A stretch of DNA of 64,000 bases. It comes from an uncultured Alphaproteobacteria bacterium. Lineage in GTDB: Bacteria > Pseudomonadota > Alphaproteobacteria > CAAHEQ01 > UBA3637. A program made the position numbers and the translations under genes. The stretch is taken from positions 443 to 64,442 of the forward strand of contig CANPXT010000008.1 of assembly GCA_947586835.1 (NCBI GenBank), written 5' to 3'. Position 1 is the stretch's first letter, and each line of letters starts with the position of its first letter. The notes beneath the pieces are model-generated. The model did not search any database. It had not been told where the DNA came from and was given only the letters and a program-made list of their open reading frames with translations. Below are positions 9,627 through 19,993 of the stretch, piece after piece.

Positions 9627-11568
9627 TCAAAATTATTCTTTAAAGCAAATTATATCGCAAATGTATCAGAAAACAGTCGAAACATTGCAAGTGAATCCGC
9701 AAAAAAAGGCTGATTTCCCGAATATGATTGCTTCTCTTGGGTCAATTTACGGTCCCTATATGCTCGGTTTGATGAGTGCTGATGAAGCCTTTGAAATTTA
9801 TACCGTTCAAAAAAACATTGCCGTTCAACGATTAAACAGTATGATTAATTTGCATATCGCGCAAAAGAAAGTCAGCGGTGAAAATTTAACGGCTTTACGA
9901 ACATTTCAAAAAAGCTTGGAAACGAATAAACCCGTTGTATTTACTGATTTAATGACGTATTCCATCCCTTCCGAAAGTATTGAAAGATGTATTCCTTCTT
10001 TAAATGATGCCTTAACGGAAATGCACAGAGTAAATACGGTTTGGGTGCCCGGAATATATAATGAAATTTTTGAAAAATTAAAAACGCCTTATGAATTGCC
10101 TTTACAACAATTTATTGATTTATCGACTCTTATATCTTATCGGCATCAGAATCGGTTAATGTTTTTGCCTGAACATTTCGATGAGCGGACAAAATATCAA
10201 AAACTTATCAATGTCTTGTACTATTTGCACAACATTATGACAATTAATGCCGAATCGAAACAAATGCCGAAAGCAAACGAATCATGGTTTTGCATGGCTT
10301 ATACGCTTTATGCACACCTTGTGGATGATATTGCACAAGTGTCGCGTGATGATATGTCTTCCGATGGCGCAATTCAAAAAAATTGTCAGGAATTAAAACA
10401 ATTGTTGCCGACTCCGCTGCAACAAAAAACATTTGATCTTCATTTGAAAAAATTAACGACCCTCATTCGCGATTATATTTGTCGTTCAGCGCCGATATTG
10501 GTGGAAAGCTTTGATGATTATTTGCAGCCGTTTTTAACGGATTTATTGCCTGTTGATCATCAGGAAGCGATTGAAAATAATGCATTGAAACAGTCGTCGT
10601 CTTCGTCGTTAAAGAAAGATTTAAATCAGGTTTATCGTAAATTGCTGATAGATTACGGTATGGAAGAAATTTCAAATCCGACGGCGCCCTTTTGCTTTTT
10701 TTCCGATTATGAAATTTTGTATTTTATGGGTATTTTCAATTTAAAAGAATATGAACTCTGTCAAAAATACGCTCAAAAAGAAGTTACAATCACCGTTCCG
10801 AAAAGAAGTAAGGATAATTTTTTTGCAGGGTTATTCGATTTTGACGATGATGATGAAAATGATGAAGAAGGCGACTGCGAAACGGCAATAGTTTCTGTCG
10901 ATAAGAGTATAAACGAAATTTTTGAGACGATTTTAGATTTGCCTGAAACGGGGTACTATGTTTTGCCGCTGAAAAAAGAATATTTGGCAGCGGTGCAACA
11001 ATTAAAATTGGCCGGAAGCGTTTCTTTTTGTCTGTGTGATGCGGATAATGAAGTTATAACGGAAATGATGTCATCGCGTTTTGTGCGGTATCAGGAAGGT
11101 CAAACTTTTGAGGAAGTTGAAGCATATTTTTTGCAGGGTTTAATTATGATTGCAAAAAAATTACCGAATGCTCAAAATATGATGAAAAAATTAACCTTGC
11201 TTTCCGATGGTTATTGGACGGAATCTGTTTTGAAATTAAAGGATCTTCCTGCCTATGAGGGACGTTCGGATCTCAAAAATCAAGTGAATGAACATGTGAA
11301 GTGGTTGAATAATATGCCGAAAACGAATTTAACAACGTTTTCAAAGCGTCGCAATGTTTATGCGCAGGTTTTGTATGAAATGGATAAGGCAATTGCAAAT
11401 CAAATGATAAGTCAGCCGCAACAGAAGGATATTGAATATAATAAAATGTGGTATCAGTTTCAAAATTATATAAAATTATTTAATAATAATTACTTAAAAA
11501 TAACAAATAAAGAATATGTTAATAAAATTATAAAAGATCTCAGACGGCCTGAAAAAGAGCGTCAGTAA
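9619..11568 (+). CDS. Hypothetical protein with an acidic stretch
   Basis: Long ORF; likely GTG start 9619 after AAAGGA, overlapping the upstream stop; DFDDDDENDEEGD tract. Confidence 0.8.
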   Translation: MSNQNYSLKQIISQMYQKTVETLQVNPQKKADFPNMIASLGSIYGPYMLGLMSADEAFEIYTVQKNIAVQRLNSMINLHIAQKKVSGENLTALRTFQKSLETNKPVVFTDLMTYSIPSESIERCIPSLNDALTEMHRVNTVWVPGIYNEIFEKLKTPYELPLQQFIDLSTLISYRHQNRLMFLPEHFDERTKYQKLINVLYYLHNIMTINAESKQMPKANESWFCMAYTLYAHLVDDIAQVSRDDMSSDGAIQKNCQELKQLLPTPLQQKTFDLHLKKLTTLIRDYICRSAPILVESFDDYLQPFLTDLLPVDHQEAIENNALKQSSSSSLKKDLNQVYRKLLIDYGMEEISNPTAPFCFFSDYEILYFMGIFNLKEYELCQKYAQKEVTITVPKRSKDNFFAGLFDFDDDDENDEEGDCETAIVSVDKSINEIFETILDLPETGYYVLPLKKEYLAAVQQLKLAGSVSFCLCDADNEVITEMMSSRFVRYQEGQTFEEVEAYFLQGLIMIAKKLPNAQNMMKKLTLLSDGYWTESVLKLKDLPAYEGRSDLKNQVNEHVKWLNNMPKTNLTTFSKRRNVYAQVLYEMDKAIANQMISQPQQKDIEYNKMWYQFQNYIKLFNNNYLKITNKEYVNKIIKDLRRPEKERQ

Positions 11569-11587
11569 AATTAATTGACTGTCAAAA

Positions 11588-11621
11588 ACCGTTTGCCCCT
11601 TAAAAAAAAGGGGCAAACGGT
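11588..11621. terminator. Hairpin between convergent genes (likely bidirectional terminator)
   Basis: ACCGTTTGCCCCTT...AAGGGGCAAACGGT perfect 14-bp inverted repeat. Confidence 0.8.
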
Positions 11622-11648
11622 AGAGTTATAAAATGAAAAGAATATCAG

Positions 11649-12443
11649 TTACAGAGTGTTTCCATGCTTAAATGAAAGCAAATTCGCAAATGTATCAATG
11701 CCTTCCAAAACAGATGTCATTGATTTCGCATTGCCGAGCTTTGATAAACCTTCTAACAAACCGGTGATGTATTTGTGCGTTGTTTCTTTATCCGTTCCCG
11801 TGATTTTTGCAGCAAACTCTTCAATTAAATCAGGCATTTGAGCTTTTATGGATTCAGCGGGATTTTTAATCAGCTGCGATAACATACCCGCCGTACCGGC
11901 AGTTAAACCGACATTGGTTAAATTAATAACATTATTCTGCGGTAACAAAAATTCATCACGGTAAATGTAAAATTTATCATGCTTGGGACCGAGTAAGGTT
12001 AATTCTTCCCACTGTTTTTTGCTGCGTTTTTTATTAATGTTTTTAATAATTTTATCACGCAAGTTTTCGGCTTTGTCATAACATTTATATAAATGCTTAA
12101 CAAGCGTATCAACCGCTAAACGATTCGGATGATCTGCCGGCATTTGGGAAGCATAACCCGATACACCCACTAATTCCAGTAAAACTTGCGCTTTACAATG
12201 AATAACATCGCTGATGTCATTTACCGTTAAATGCTCTTCGGCAGCTAAACGATTTTCAAGCTTTTCAATATAAGCATAGCGTGCTGCCTGTAAGCGAATG
12301 GCATCAGAGGCTTCATCTGAAATGCTTTTCGATTCGTTTTCTTGATTTTCCGCCGTATCAACACTTTTTAAGGCTTCATCTTGCGGAGATGTTTCATCAG
12401 ATATGACGGGTGTTTTTGTCTCTGTGCTTTCTGCCATTTTCAA
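11649..12443 (-). CDS. Hypothetical protein
   Basis: 264-aa ORF downstream of the DUF177 gene; no recognised motif. Confidence 0.75.
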   Translation of the reverse strand: MKMAESTETKTPVISDETSPQDEALKSVDTAENQENESKSISDEASDAIRLQAARYAYIEKLENRLAAEEHLTVNDISDVIHCKAQVLLELVGVSGYASQMPADHPNRLAVDTLVKHLYKCYDKAENLRDKIIKNINKKRSKKQWEELTLLGPKHDKFYIYRDEFLLPQNNVINLTNVGLTAGTAGMLSQLIKNPAESIKAQMPDLIEEFAAKITGTDKETTHKYITGLLEGLSKLGNAKSMTSVLEGIDTFANLLSFKHGNTL

Positions 12444-12484
12444 TAATCCTGAAAAGAAAGAATAATTGACCTGTTATATTTTTA

Positions 12485-13015
12485 TTATACACTCTTTTTA
12501 TTCTTTGTCAACTCTTTTAATACGGAAAATGGATTTTGGGGTTCGTTGTCGGCTTCCCGATACTCAAACGGTTGGTTTGTTTGACGCGGAAACGGATCAA
12601 GATTCAAGCCGAATTGCTCCCCCAATAAGTCGCGAAAGGGAATAATGCCGTGCGGGCAATATTCAATCGGCTCATCGGTAAGATTGATTTTTTCTTCCTT
12701 TGTTTCCAAGGGCTTTTCATCGCTTAACAATAAAAGAAAATCGCTCGATACCGTATTTTCAAAGACTTCCAGCGTTACAACGCATTCCTGTTCGACAAGT
12801 GCCGAAAAAGACCCGCTCATTTGAATAATTTTTCCTTTTCGTTCCAAATGAACGTGTGCTTGATAATTCTTAACGGCCGGCACATCAAAGCGGGTTGCCA
12901 GATAATGCAGTGTTTCATGTGCGGCAGAAAAGCTTAAATCAATTCCTGCGGCCGGAATTTTACGCATATCCAACGTAAAAGATAAATCTTTTTTGCTTTC
13001 GGTTAATTTTTCCAT
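12485..13015 (-). CDS. DUF177/YceD family protein
   Basis: A.VEQECVVTLE and L.LDPFPR...NPFSVLKEL motifs; adjacent to bamE as in alphaproteobacteria. Confidence 0.85.
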   Translation of the reverse strand: MEKLTESKKDLSFTLDMRKIPAAGIDLSFSAAHETLHYLATRFDVPAVKNYQAHVHLERKGKIIQMSGSFSALVEQECVVTLEVFENTVSSDFLLLLSDEKPLETKEEKINLTDEPIEYCPHGIIPFRDLLGEQFGLNLDPFPRQTNQPFEYREADNEPQNPFSVLKELTKNKKSV

Positions 13016-13079
13016 TGACGAATGCCTTTTCTTTTGCTTATATATAAAATATGTTTAACATATAGCAAAGAAGTGAAAA

Positions 13080-13538
13080 ATGTTCAAGAAAATCTTTTAT
13101 ATTTTAATCGGAAGCGCCTTGTTTTTATCGGCAGGATGCGGATTGGAAACCTACCAAAGCGGGGATTTACCCTCACAAAAACGGTTGGATATTGTTAAAG
13201 TCGGGTTTCCGAAAGACAAAGTAATTGAATTGCTCGGTGAGCCGGCTTTCAGAAATCGAATCGCCGGTGATGATTTTTATATTTATTCGAAAGTGGTGAA
13301 AAAAAGTCGTGCCTTTTTTGAACCGACGGAAACCGAAAGAGATCTTTACGTAATAACCTTTAATCAAATGAATTTGGTACAAAATATTGAACATTTAACG
13401 TTGGCGGACGGAAAATCAGTTGCCTTTGACGATGAGACTTCACCCGTTAAAGGAAAAGATTTATCCGTTTTCGAACAATTGGTGAAAAATTTCGGTCGGT
13501 ATGATGCCGGCGGACGTGACAGCTCGGTCAGACAATAA
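13080..13538 (+). CDS. bamE: Outer membrane assembly lipoprotein BamE/OmlA
   Basis: Lipobox SAGC; VKVGFPKDKVIELLGEP; alphaproteobacterial C-terminus ...FEQLVKNFGR. Confidence 0.85.
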   Translation: MFKKIFYILIGSALFLSAGCGLETYQSGDLPSQKRLDIVKVGFPKDKVIELLGEPAFRNRIAGDDFYIYSKVVKKSRAFFEPTETERDLYVITFNQMNLVQNIEHLTLADGKSVAFDDETSPVKGKDLSVFEQLVKNFGRYDAGGRDSSVRQ

Positions 13539-13562
13539 TTTGCCTCCCTTTTTTCCCGAACT

Positions 13563-13647
13563 TACCGACTTATGCAAATAAATGCCGGAATGTGCAAATA
13601 AAAACATCTCGTGTTTTTTCGAAAATATGGTATGATGGGTGTAGAAT
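13563..13647 (+). promoter_or_regulatory. Putative activator-dependent promoter of the capsid module
   Basis: TAC/TGC at 13563, 13573, 13583, 13593 (10-bp phase); -10-like TATGAT at 13631, then GTAGAAT; same layout as 17543-17617 and 43519-43593. Confidence 0.55.
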
Positions 13648-13841
13648 CTTCAAAAGTCTCTTTTGCAAGATTTTCGATCTCTGAAATGTTTTATCAGCGG
13701 TCGTTTCAAAGCAAATAAGTCATTTATTTGCTTTTTCTTCCGCCTTTTTTTGAAAATTGAAACGTTTTTTAAAAAAGGTTATGAATTAATCGGTGTTTTT
13801 ACCGGTAAAAAGTTTCATATCAAGCATTTTAAATTTTAACC

Positions 13842-13871
13842 AAAGCGGAATTATCCTTTCTTCCGCTTTTT
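13842..13871 (+). terminator. Terminator-like hairpin in the capsid-gene leader
   Basis: AAAGCGGAA-N10-TTCCGCTTT plus TT; a second hairpin AAAGCAAATAAG/TTTATTTGCTTT at 13708-13734. Confidence 0.55.
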
Positions 13872-13939
13872 GTTATGACATAAAATGTCTTGATATTTTT
13901 TTATTTTTGTAAAAACAATTTTAATGAAAGAGAAAAAAA

Positions 13940-14902
13940 ATGGCATTAGTATATAATGATATTTTTACATCAACCCTTGAAAGTCGGACCAGAACGTTGG
14001 CCGATAACGTAACCGCCAATAATGCTTTGTTGTCCAGATTACGGGAAAAGGGTAAAATCCGTCCTCTTTCCGGCGGTTCCAAAATTATTGAAGAATTGGA
14101 ATACGGGCAGGGTGACGCCGTATGGTATACCGGTTATGATACCATTAACTATACGCCGAAACAATTATTTACTGCGGCTGAATATCAGTTAAAAATGTGT
14201 GCTGTTCCCGTTGCTGTTTCCGGTGAGGAAATATTGAAAAACAGCGGTGAAGAAGCGATGATCGATCTGTTTGAAAAACGTATTGATAACGCAATGAAAA
14301 CCATGACTAATCAAATGGCAAAAGCCGTTTACAGTGACGGAACAGGTTCATCGGGCAAAGAAATCGGCGGATTAAAATTGCTTGTGGCCGATTCACCTTC
14401 TACCGGTACGGTCGGCGGTATCGATCGCGCTGCTTCGGGCAATGAATTTTGGCGCAACAAAGCAACGCAAGTTGAACTTACGCCGGAAAACATTACTGCC
14501 GAAATGAATAAAATGTATCTGTCGTTGTCGCGCGGTACGGATAAACCTGATTTAATTGTGGCTGATGATACGCTTTATACCATGTATGAGCAAATTTTAT
14601 TACCGCAACAACGGTTTTCCGATCCGAAAATTGCCGACAGCGGTTTTGCGACTTTAAAATATAAAGGCGCCGATATTATTTTTGACGGCGGACAAGGTGG
14701 TCATTGCCCCGAAAATCATATGTATTTCTTAAATACGGATTATTTGTATTTGCGTCCGCATAAAGACAGAGATATGAAGGTGATTGAAGGCAATCGGATG
14801 GCAGTTAATCAAGATGCTCTTTATAAAATTATCGGTTGGGCCGGAAACTTAACCATGTCCAATGCGGCGTTGCAGGGTGTTTTAATTAACAACAAAGGCT
14901 AA
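13940..14902 (+). CDS. Phage major capsid protein (podovirus-type)
   Basis: N-terminal ..STLESRTRTLADNVTANNALLSRLREKG..RPLSGG..I, VYSDGTG..GKEIGGL, GTVGGIDRA...FWRN, YFLNTDYL and C-terminal GNLTMSNAALQGVL match a recognisable phage capsid family; 320 aa, intact. Confidence 0.85.
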   Translation: MALVYNDIFTSTLESRTRTLADNVTANNALLSRLREKGKIRPLSGGSKIIEELEYGQGDAVWYTGYDTINYTPKQLFTAAEYQLKMCAVPVAVSGEEILKNSGEEAMIDLFEKRIDNAMKTMTNQMAKAVYSDGTGSSGKEIGGLKLLVADSPSTGTVGGIDRAASGNEFWRNKATQVELTPENITAEMNKMYLSLSRGTDKPDLIVADDTLYTMYEQILLPQQRFSDPKIADSGFATLKYKGADIIFDGGQGGHCPENHMYFLNTDYLYLRPHKDRDMKVIEGNRMAVNQDALYKIIGWAGNLTMSNAALQGVLINNKG

Positions 14903-14930
14903 AATACATAAAATTTATATTTTTAAAAAG

Positions 14931-14970
14931 AATCGGCGGTCGAAGTTTTTCGACCGTCGGTTTTTATTTT
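14931..14970 (+). terminator. Intrinsic terminator after the capsid gene
   Basis: AATCGGCGGTCGAA-loop-TTCGACCGTCGGTT plus T-run. Confidence 0.75.
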
Positions 14971-14999
14971 CTGATTAATTTGATGAAAGGACTAAAATA

Positions 15000-15593
15000 A
15001 TGGATTCTGATTTTTTAACATTTAGAAATGTTATTGAAAATTCAAATATTGAAAAAGATACGTTTGCGCGTTTTTATGATCGTTCGGTCAAAACGAACGA
15101 AATCAATCCGAAAACGGGAGTTCCGATTTTTAAAGATGTGTGTTTTGTGGAAATACGCATTAAAAATAACAATACCGATATTTATGATCAACCGGCAAGT
15201 GAAGAAAAAAAAGCCCGTTTTCCGAATGAATATCGACAGTATTTAAAAGAAAAAGAAACGCGTCCGATCGGGACGGCCCTCGAAAACTTTTCGTTTTTAA
15301 CGGCTTCACAAATCAATACGTTAAAATTTTATCATATTGATACATTGGAAAAATTAAGTGCACTCACACCGGAACAGGCGTCAGATTTAGATATAGTCAA
15401 TGAGTATCATTTGGCGCAGAATTTTTTGGCAGGTGCCAAAAAGCAATTTGAGGTAGCCGGATGGCAAGAAAAGGTGACTCTTTTAAATCAAAAGATTCAA
15501 GAATTGGAAGCAGCGTTAAAAGCGGCGCAACAGAAAAAAACAACGTTCAAAAACACGCACAAGCGTCCTGTAAAAAGAAAAAAAACTGTTTAA
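15000..15593 (+). CDS. Conserved phage protein of the type found after this capsid family (possible HhH-like segment)
   Basis: RFY..SV...G.PIF.D..FVEI, K.RFP.EY..Y, GT.LE...LT.SQI..LK...I.TLE.L pattern; position. Confidence 0.6.
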   Translation: MDSDFLTFRNVIENSNIEKDTFARFYDRSVKTNEINPKTGVPIFKDVCFVEIRIKNNNTDIYDQPASEEKKARFPNEYRQYLKEKETRPIGTALENFSFLTASQINTLKFYHIDTLEKLSALTPEQASDLDIVNEYHLAQNFLAGAKKQFEVAGWQEKVTLLNQKIQELEAALKAAQQKKTTFKNTHKRPVKRKKTV

Positions 15594-15607
15594 GGAAAGG
15601 AAATACC

Positions 15608-15742
15608 ATGCTCTTTGATTGGAATCACGATTGGCAGAATTATCTGTCGCAAATGAGAAAAAAACAAGCTGTATATGAGGCGGAAAATGCCGAATATCAG
15701 AAAAAATTAAATGAATTGGGACAGGTTAAGTCCTCAAATTAA
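15608..15742 (+). CDS. Small hypothetical protein (44 aa)
   Basis: Strong RBS AAGGAAAGGA before ATG 15608; MLFDWNHDWQNYLSQMRKK... Confidence 0.5.
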   Translation: MLFDWNHDWQNYLSQMRKKQAVYEAENAEYQKKLNELGQVKSSN

Positions 15743-15920
15743 AATTGAATAATATTAATTATATATGCGATAATTTAAAAAGAACCGAAAATACAGAAAA
15801 GGATGCTGGTTTTAATGAAAAAAGGTTTCATGGATTTATCAAAATTTATTGTTGTTTTATGGGGTGTTTCTGTCACAGGTTGCGCAGGATTTATATCATA
15901 ACAAACATTTTTCCAAAAAT

Positions 15921-15951
15921 AAAGAGTGTATCATTTTTTGATACACTCTTT
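15921..15951. terminator. Hairpin between convergent genes
   Basis: AAAGAGTGTATCA-TTTTT-TGATACACTCTTT. Confidence 0.7.
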
Positions 15952-15976
15952 GAGTATTAAATCAAAAGTTTAAAGG

Positions 15977-17422
15977 TTATTTTTTCTTTTTTTTCAGGAC
16001 TTTTTTAGGTTCTTTGACCTGTTCTTTTTCTGCGCCTTCTTCTTTATATTTATAAGTATCTTTGTCGATTTTGACAAATTCTTCTTTCGGCCAATACCGC
16101 CATTCAATAGTCAAATCTTTATCATCGTTTGCGAAAGTAAAATTGGCACAATCGAAAGTTGTTTCTCGACACGCAACCGGATAATTTTTATTCATCCATA
16201 GCGTATCGGTCCAAGCAGGATGTATCAGCTTGACTTTTCGATCATGAGGCATATAGTAATATTGCTGTTTGTCATTTTTAATGATAAATTTTTCCGGAGC
16301 ATAATTTTCCCAGAGCACCATTATTTCGTTGGGACTTATTTGATTAATTTTAGCGTAAATATCTGTTCCGATACGCCGATACCGACCGTCTTTTTCTTTT
16401 TCAATAAAAGCTTGCCAATTCGGATGAACTAACATAAAGTAATCTTTTCCGGAAGGGCAGTTCAGTGCAAAATAATTTTCTAAATATTCTTCCGGAAAAA
16501 CATGTTTTTCAGCATTTCCCGCTATCATTTTTTTAAGAATCGGACATTTTTCGAAAACAGTATATTCGAATTGAATTTCCTCTTTGTTTGGTGTGAAAAA
16601 CATTGAAAAAGCTTCTTTATGCAGGTTTGTGGAATTTGTTTCAATGGCAGTATAGTATTGTTGACCGTTTGTGGCATGAAAACGCATATATGCAACCGCA
16701 TCTGATAAAGAGGCTAATTTTCCGCCGTTTTTAACAAACTGGAACCAAAAATAATAATCTTCGGCAGCGATATAATCATATCGGTATGTAATATTGTGTT
16801 TTTGAACAAATGACCGTTTGAACATTGAGGCAATATTATAGAAGTTATTGTAGAATAATAAATCAACTTCATAATAGCCGGGCATATGTTGAATTTTATA
16901 TTCATCATTGGGCATATTTGTTTCCGGTGTCGGGAATATGGTCATATCCGGTTGTATAATGCGCAAATTTGCCGAAACCGCATCAACTTCCGGATGATCT
17001 TTCAAAAAATGAACTGATTTTGCCAACCGATCAGGCAACGAATAATCATCACTGTCCATAATGGCAATGTAGGTGCCGCGTGCCGCTTTCATACCGCGAT
17101 TGCGCGAAAAAGGAATGCCGCGGTTTGTTTCATTCCGTATCACTTTAATGCGCTTATCCAGCTTACTGTAATCATTTAAAATTTTCGACGTGTTATCCGT
17201 AGAACCGTCATCCACGATAATAAATTCATAATCGGTAAACGTTTGAGATAAAATGGATTCAATGGCGCGTGATACCAAATCTTCCCTGTTATATACGGGC
17301 ATAACGACAGATACGGTCGGATGAAAAGATAATCGATTGATAAAAAATAAAGAAATTAATAAGATAATTATAATGCCCGAAAAAATGTAAGGTTTATATG
17401 AACGTACATGTTTTTTAGTCAT
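15977..17422 (-). CDS. Glycosyltransferase family 2 with N-terminal membrane anchor
   Basis: VSVVMPVYN, IIVDDGSTD, YIAIMDSDD, AEDY motifs; extra C-terminal domain. Confidence 0.92.
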   Translation of the reverse strand: MTKKHVRSYKPYIFSGIIIILLISLFFINRLSFHPTVSVVMPVYNREDLVSRAIESILSQTFTDYEFIIVDDGSTDNTSKILNDYSKLDKRIKVIRNETNRGIPFSRNRGMKAARGTYIAIMDSDDYSLPDRLAKSVHFLKDHPEVDAVSANLRIIQPDMTIFPTPETNMPNDEYKIQHMPGYYEVDLLFYNNFYNIASMFKRSFVQKHNITYRYDYIAAEDYYFWFQFVKNGGKLASLSDAVAYMRFHATNGQQYYTAIETNSTNLHKEAFSMFFTPNKEEIQFEYTVFEKCPILKKMIAGNAEKHVFPEEYLENYFALNCPSGKDYFMLVHPNWQAFIEKEKDGRYRRIGTDIYAKINQISPNEIMVLWENYAPEKFIIKNDKQQYYYMPHDRKVKLIHPAWTDTLWMNKNYPVACRETTFDCANFTFANDDKDLTIEWRYWPKEEFVKIDKDTYKYKEEGAEKEQVKEPKKVLKKKKK

Positions 17423-17542
17423 AAAAAAGGTCTCCTTTTTGAAAAATTTTATTCATTTAAGCATAAAATATAATTTAATGCAAGTTATTTTTGACGAAAA
17501 AAGAAAACGACTGAGATATATGTTCCTGCTAATATTCAAAAA

Positions 17543-17617
17543 TGCCGAAATATACCGTTTTTTGCCGATAAAAACAGTTTCTTTTTTTTATAAAGAAGCG
17601 TATAAATAAAGTATAAT
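17543..17617 (+). promoter_or_regulatory. Putative activator-dependent promoter of the tail/lysis module
   Basis: TGCCGA, TACCGT, TGCCGA at 17543, 17553, 17563; GCGTATAA-N5-GTATAAT at 17598-17617; no -35. Confidence 0.6.
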
Positions 17618-17627
17618 AAGAACGTAT

Positions 17628-17657
17628 AGGTGCTTTTTTCAGAAAAGGCGCTTTTTT
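17628..17657 (+). terminator. Terminator-like hairpin in the tail-module leader
   Basis: GGTGCTTTTT-TCAG-AAAAGGCGCT (with G-U pairs) plus T-run. Confidence 0.5.
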
Positions 17658-17724
17658 AATAACAAACAATTTTCGGTTTTTCAAAGTTCCAACTTTGAAA
17701 GCCGATTTTTTTATGGAGAAAAAT

Positions 17725-18453
17725 ATGAGTACCATTTTAGAAATATGTCAAGAGGCAGCCTCTTTGGTTGCCACGCAAAAACCGACGGATTTATTTGATG
17801 AAAACGCACAACAATCTGCCATTTTTTTAAGCATTGCTAAAGACACACTGGACGGACTGCGGCGATACGGAGATTGGCAAGAATTGACAAAGGAAGGAAA
17901 ACTCTTGGTAATTCCCAATAAGCAAGTTTATTATATTCCCGACTTTTGTCCCGATTTTTTTGCTTTAATGCCCAATACCGTTTATATTCGGGATACGGCG
18001 GAAAACGTAATCGGTTCCATCTCACCCGAACAATGGCAACGTGAGCGGTTTTTTAACGGTGGAATTCAGGATTTACAATTTAAAATTCAAAATAATTGTA
18101 TTTGTTTTTTAGAGCCGCCGCGACATCGTTGTCACATTGTTTTTTATTATCGTTCGGCAGTTATTGCATTGAATTTGAAAGAAAATGATGGAAACAGCTG
18201 TGGATGCGCTTATGAAAAAACATCTCTCACGGATAATGATGATATTCCGGTTTTTGATGAATATTTGGTTAAGTTGGGTATTATTTGGCGGTGGTACAAA
18301 CGCAACGGTATGCCGTATGAAGAAGAACTGAACGAATATGAAAAGGAAGTCAAGGCAAAATTTGGCAACGGGTTATGTTTAAAAGACATCTCGTTAATCG
18401 GACGGGTTTTTCAACCATTGAACGGAGGTGTACATGTCGTATCGCATTGTTAA
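17725..18453 (+). CDS. Phage head-tail adaptor / tail tubular protein A-like
   Basis: MSTILEICQEAA start, WQEL.KE, D.D.PVFDEYLVKLGIIWRW.K.NG.PY.EE pattern typical of podoviral adaptors; ATG 17725 after GGAG. Confidence 0.7.
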   Translation: MSTILEICQEAASLVATQKPTDLFDENAQQSAIFLSIAKDTLDGLRRYGDWQELTKEGKLLVIPNKQVYYIPDFCPDFFALMPNTVYIRDTAENVIGSISPEQWQRERFFNGGIQDLQFKIQNNCICFLEPPRHRCHIVFYYRSAVIALNLKENDGNSCGCAYEKTSLTDNDDIPVFDEYLVKLGIIWRWYKRNGMPYEEELNEYEKEVKAKFGNGLCLKDISLIGRVFQPLNGGVHVVSHC

Positions 18454-19993
18454 CAGAAAAAATAAATCGGTTCATTATGTTTTGCCGTGTCCGACAAACG
18501 GGTTAAATGCGCGGGACAGTCGGGATAAAATGGCTCTGACCGACGCGCTTGTCATGGATAATTATTTTCCCTATACCACGCAGGTTTCTTTGCGGCGCGG
18601 ATATAAAAAATATATTGAAGTGCCTTTTACGGTGAAAACACTGGCGGTTTTTAATGCTTCCGCTGTCGGAAACAGTCGTTTGTTTGCCTTTGGTGACGGC
18701 ACGATATGGGATATTTCAAATCCGCAAAAACCATATGATTATCAAAAAAAATTCACCTCGAACGAATGGCGTATCTGCCAATTTAAAAATCGTTTGTTTG
18801 TCGTGAACGGAGTGGATCATCCGCAGGTTTTCATTCCGCATGAAAACGATGTCGGTTCTTGGGAAGATGTTGCTTGGACGGGTGAGGGATTGAATCCGTG
18901 TAAATTAACGGGTATTGCCGCTTCAAAACAACGCTTGTGGTTGATTGAAAATAAAAGTTTAACGGTTTGGTATTCCGAAGGCGTTTCGGAAGTGCAGGGA
19001 AAATTAATTCCGTTTGATTTCAGTACTGTTGCCACGCGTGGCGGATATTTGACGGCCGTCGGCTGTTGGACGCAAGATGGCGGGCAGGGCATTGATGATT
19101 TAACGGTTTTCTTAACTTCCGAAGGGGAAGCATTGGTATATGCGGGTTCTAATCCGAACAGTGCTGATGATTGGCACTTAAAAGGCGTGTATCAAATCAG
19201 TCGTCCGATCGGGCAGAATGCTTTATTGCAGTATCACGGTGATTTGGTTGTTATCAGTGAAGCGGGATATGTTCCGCTTTCAAAAGCATTGGCGTTACAA
19301 AACGCAACCGATGCGCAAATAGCATTCAGCGATCGTATCCAAGAGCTTGTTTTGGATCGCATTCAGAGATATCAAAATAAATACGGCTGGCAGGGTATTA
19401 TTTATCCTCGCGGCGGCTATGCTTTGTTCAATGTGCCGTTGGCAAAGGGCTTTGAGCAACATATTGTCAATACGACAACGGGTGCTTGGTGTCGTTTTAC
19501 GGGTATTGACGCCTATACATGGGCATTGTATCAAACACGCCTGTTTTTCGGCACTAAAAATGCCGTGATGCTGTTTGATGAAGGCTATACAGACGACGGA
19601 ACACCCATTGAAGGGCATGTCGAGCAGGCTTTTTGTGATTTCGGTTCGCCTTATTTGAAAAAAATACAACTTGTTAATGTGCGAACAAAATCTTCCGGAT
19701 ACTATGCTTTGCAAACTTATTGGAATACCGATTATCAAGATGAGCATATCATCAATACCGTTTCTTTTGACATGCCGAGACTTTCTCCGTGGAATGGAAT
19801 GAAGTGGGCATCAAAAGAGCAAAAAACAAAAAGTTACTGGGCAACATTGGCCGGAAAGATTTTTTCACAATGGATCGGGTGCAATGCTACCGGTTTTAAG
19901 TTTAGTTTGGTTTTTCAAACAAAAACAAAAGGAATGTTGATTGATTGGTATGAAACGGGTGTGCGTTATGAACAAGGAACGGGAATTTTATAA
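18434..19993 (+). CDS. Phage tail hub/nozzle (DNA stabilization, gp10-like) protein
   Basis: P.PTNGLNARDS...M...DALVMDNYFP....V.LRRG N-terminus; beta-rich 520 aa with GAWCRFTG; follows the adaptor. Confidence 0.72.
   Translation: MSYRIVNRKNKSVHYVLPCPTNGLNARDSRDKMALTDALVMDNYFPYTTQVSLRRGYKKYIEVPFTVKTLAVFNASAVGNSRLFAFGDGTIWDISNPQKPYDYQKKFTSNEWRICQFKNRLFVVNGVDHPQVFIPHENDVGSWEDVAWTGEGLNPCKLTGIAASKQRLWLIENKSLTVWYSEGVSEVQGKLIPFDFSTVATRGGYLTAVGCWTQDGGQGIDDLTVFLTSEGEALVYAGSNPNSADDWHLKGVYQISRPIGQNALLQYHGDLVVISEAGYVPLSKALALQNATDAQIAFSDRIQELVLDRIQRYQNKYGWQGIIYPRGGYALFNVPLAKGFEQHIVNTTTGAWCRFTGIDAYTWALYQTRLFFGTKNAVMLFDEGYTDDGTPIEGHVEQAFCDFGSPYLKKIQLVNVRTKSSGYYALQTYWNTDYQDEHIINTVSFDMPRLSPWNGMKWASKEQKTKSYWATLAGKIFSQWIGCNATGFKFSLVFQTKTKGMLIDWYETGVRYEQGTGIL

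Noticed and set aside
13940-14902. Encapsulin or canonical RcGTA capsid
   Set aside because: Accompanied by a podoviral-type portal and terminase; no HK97 protease, tape measure or RcGTA gene order
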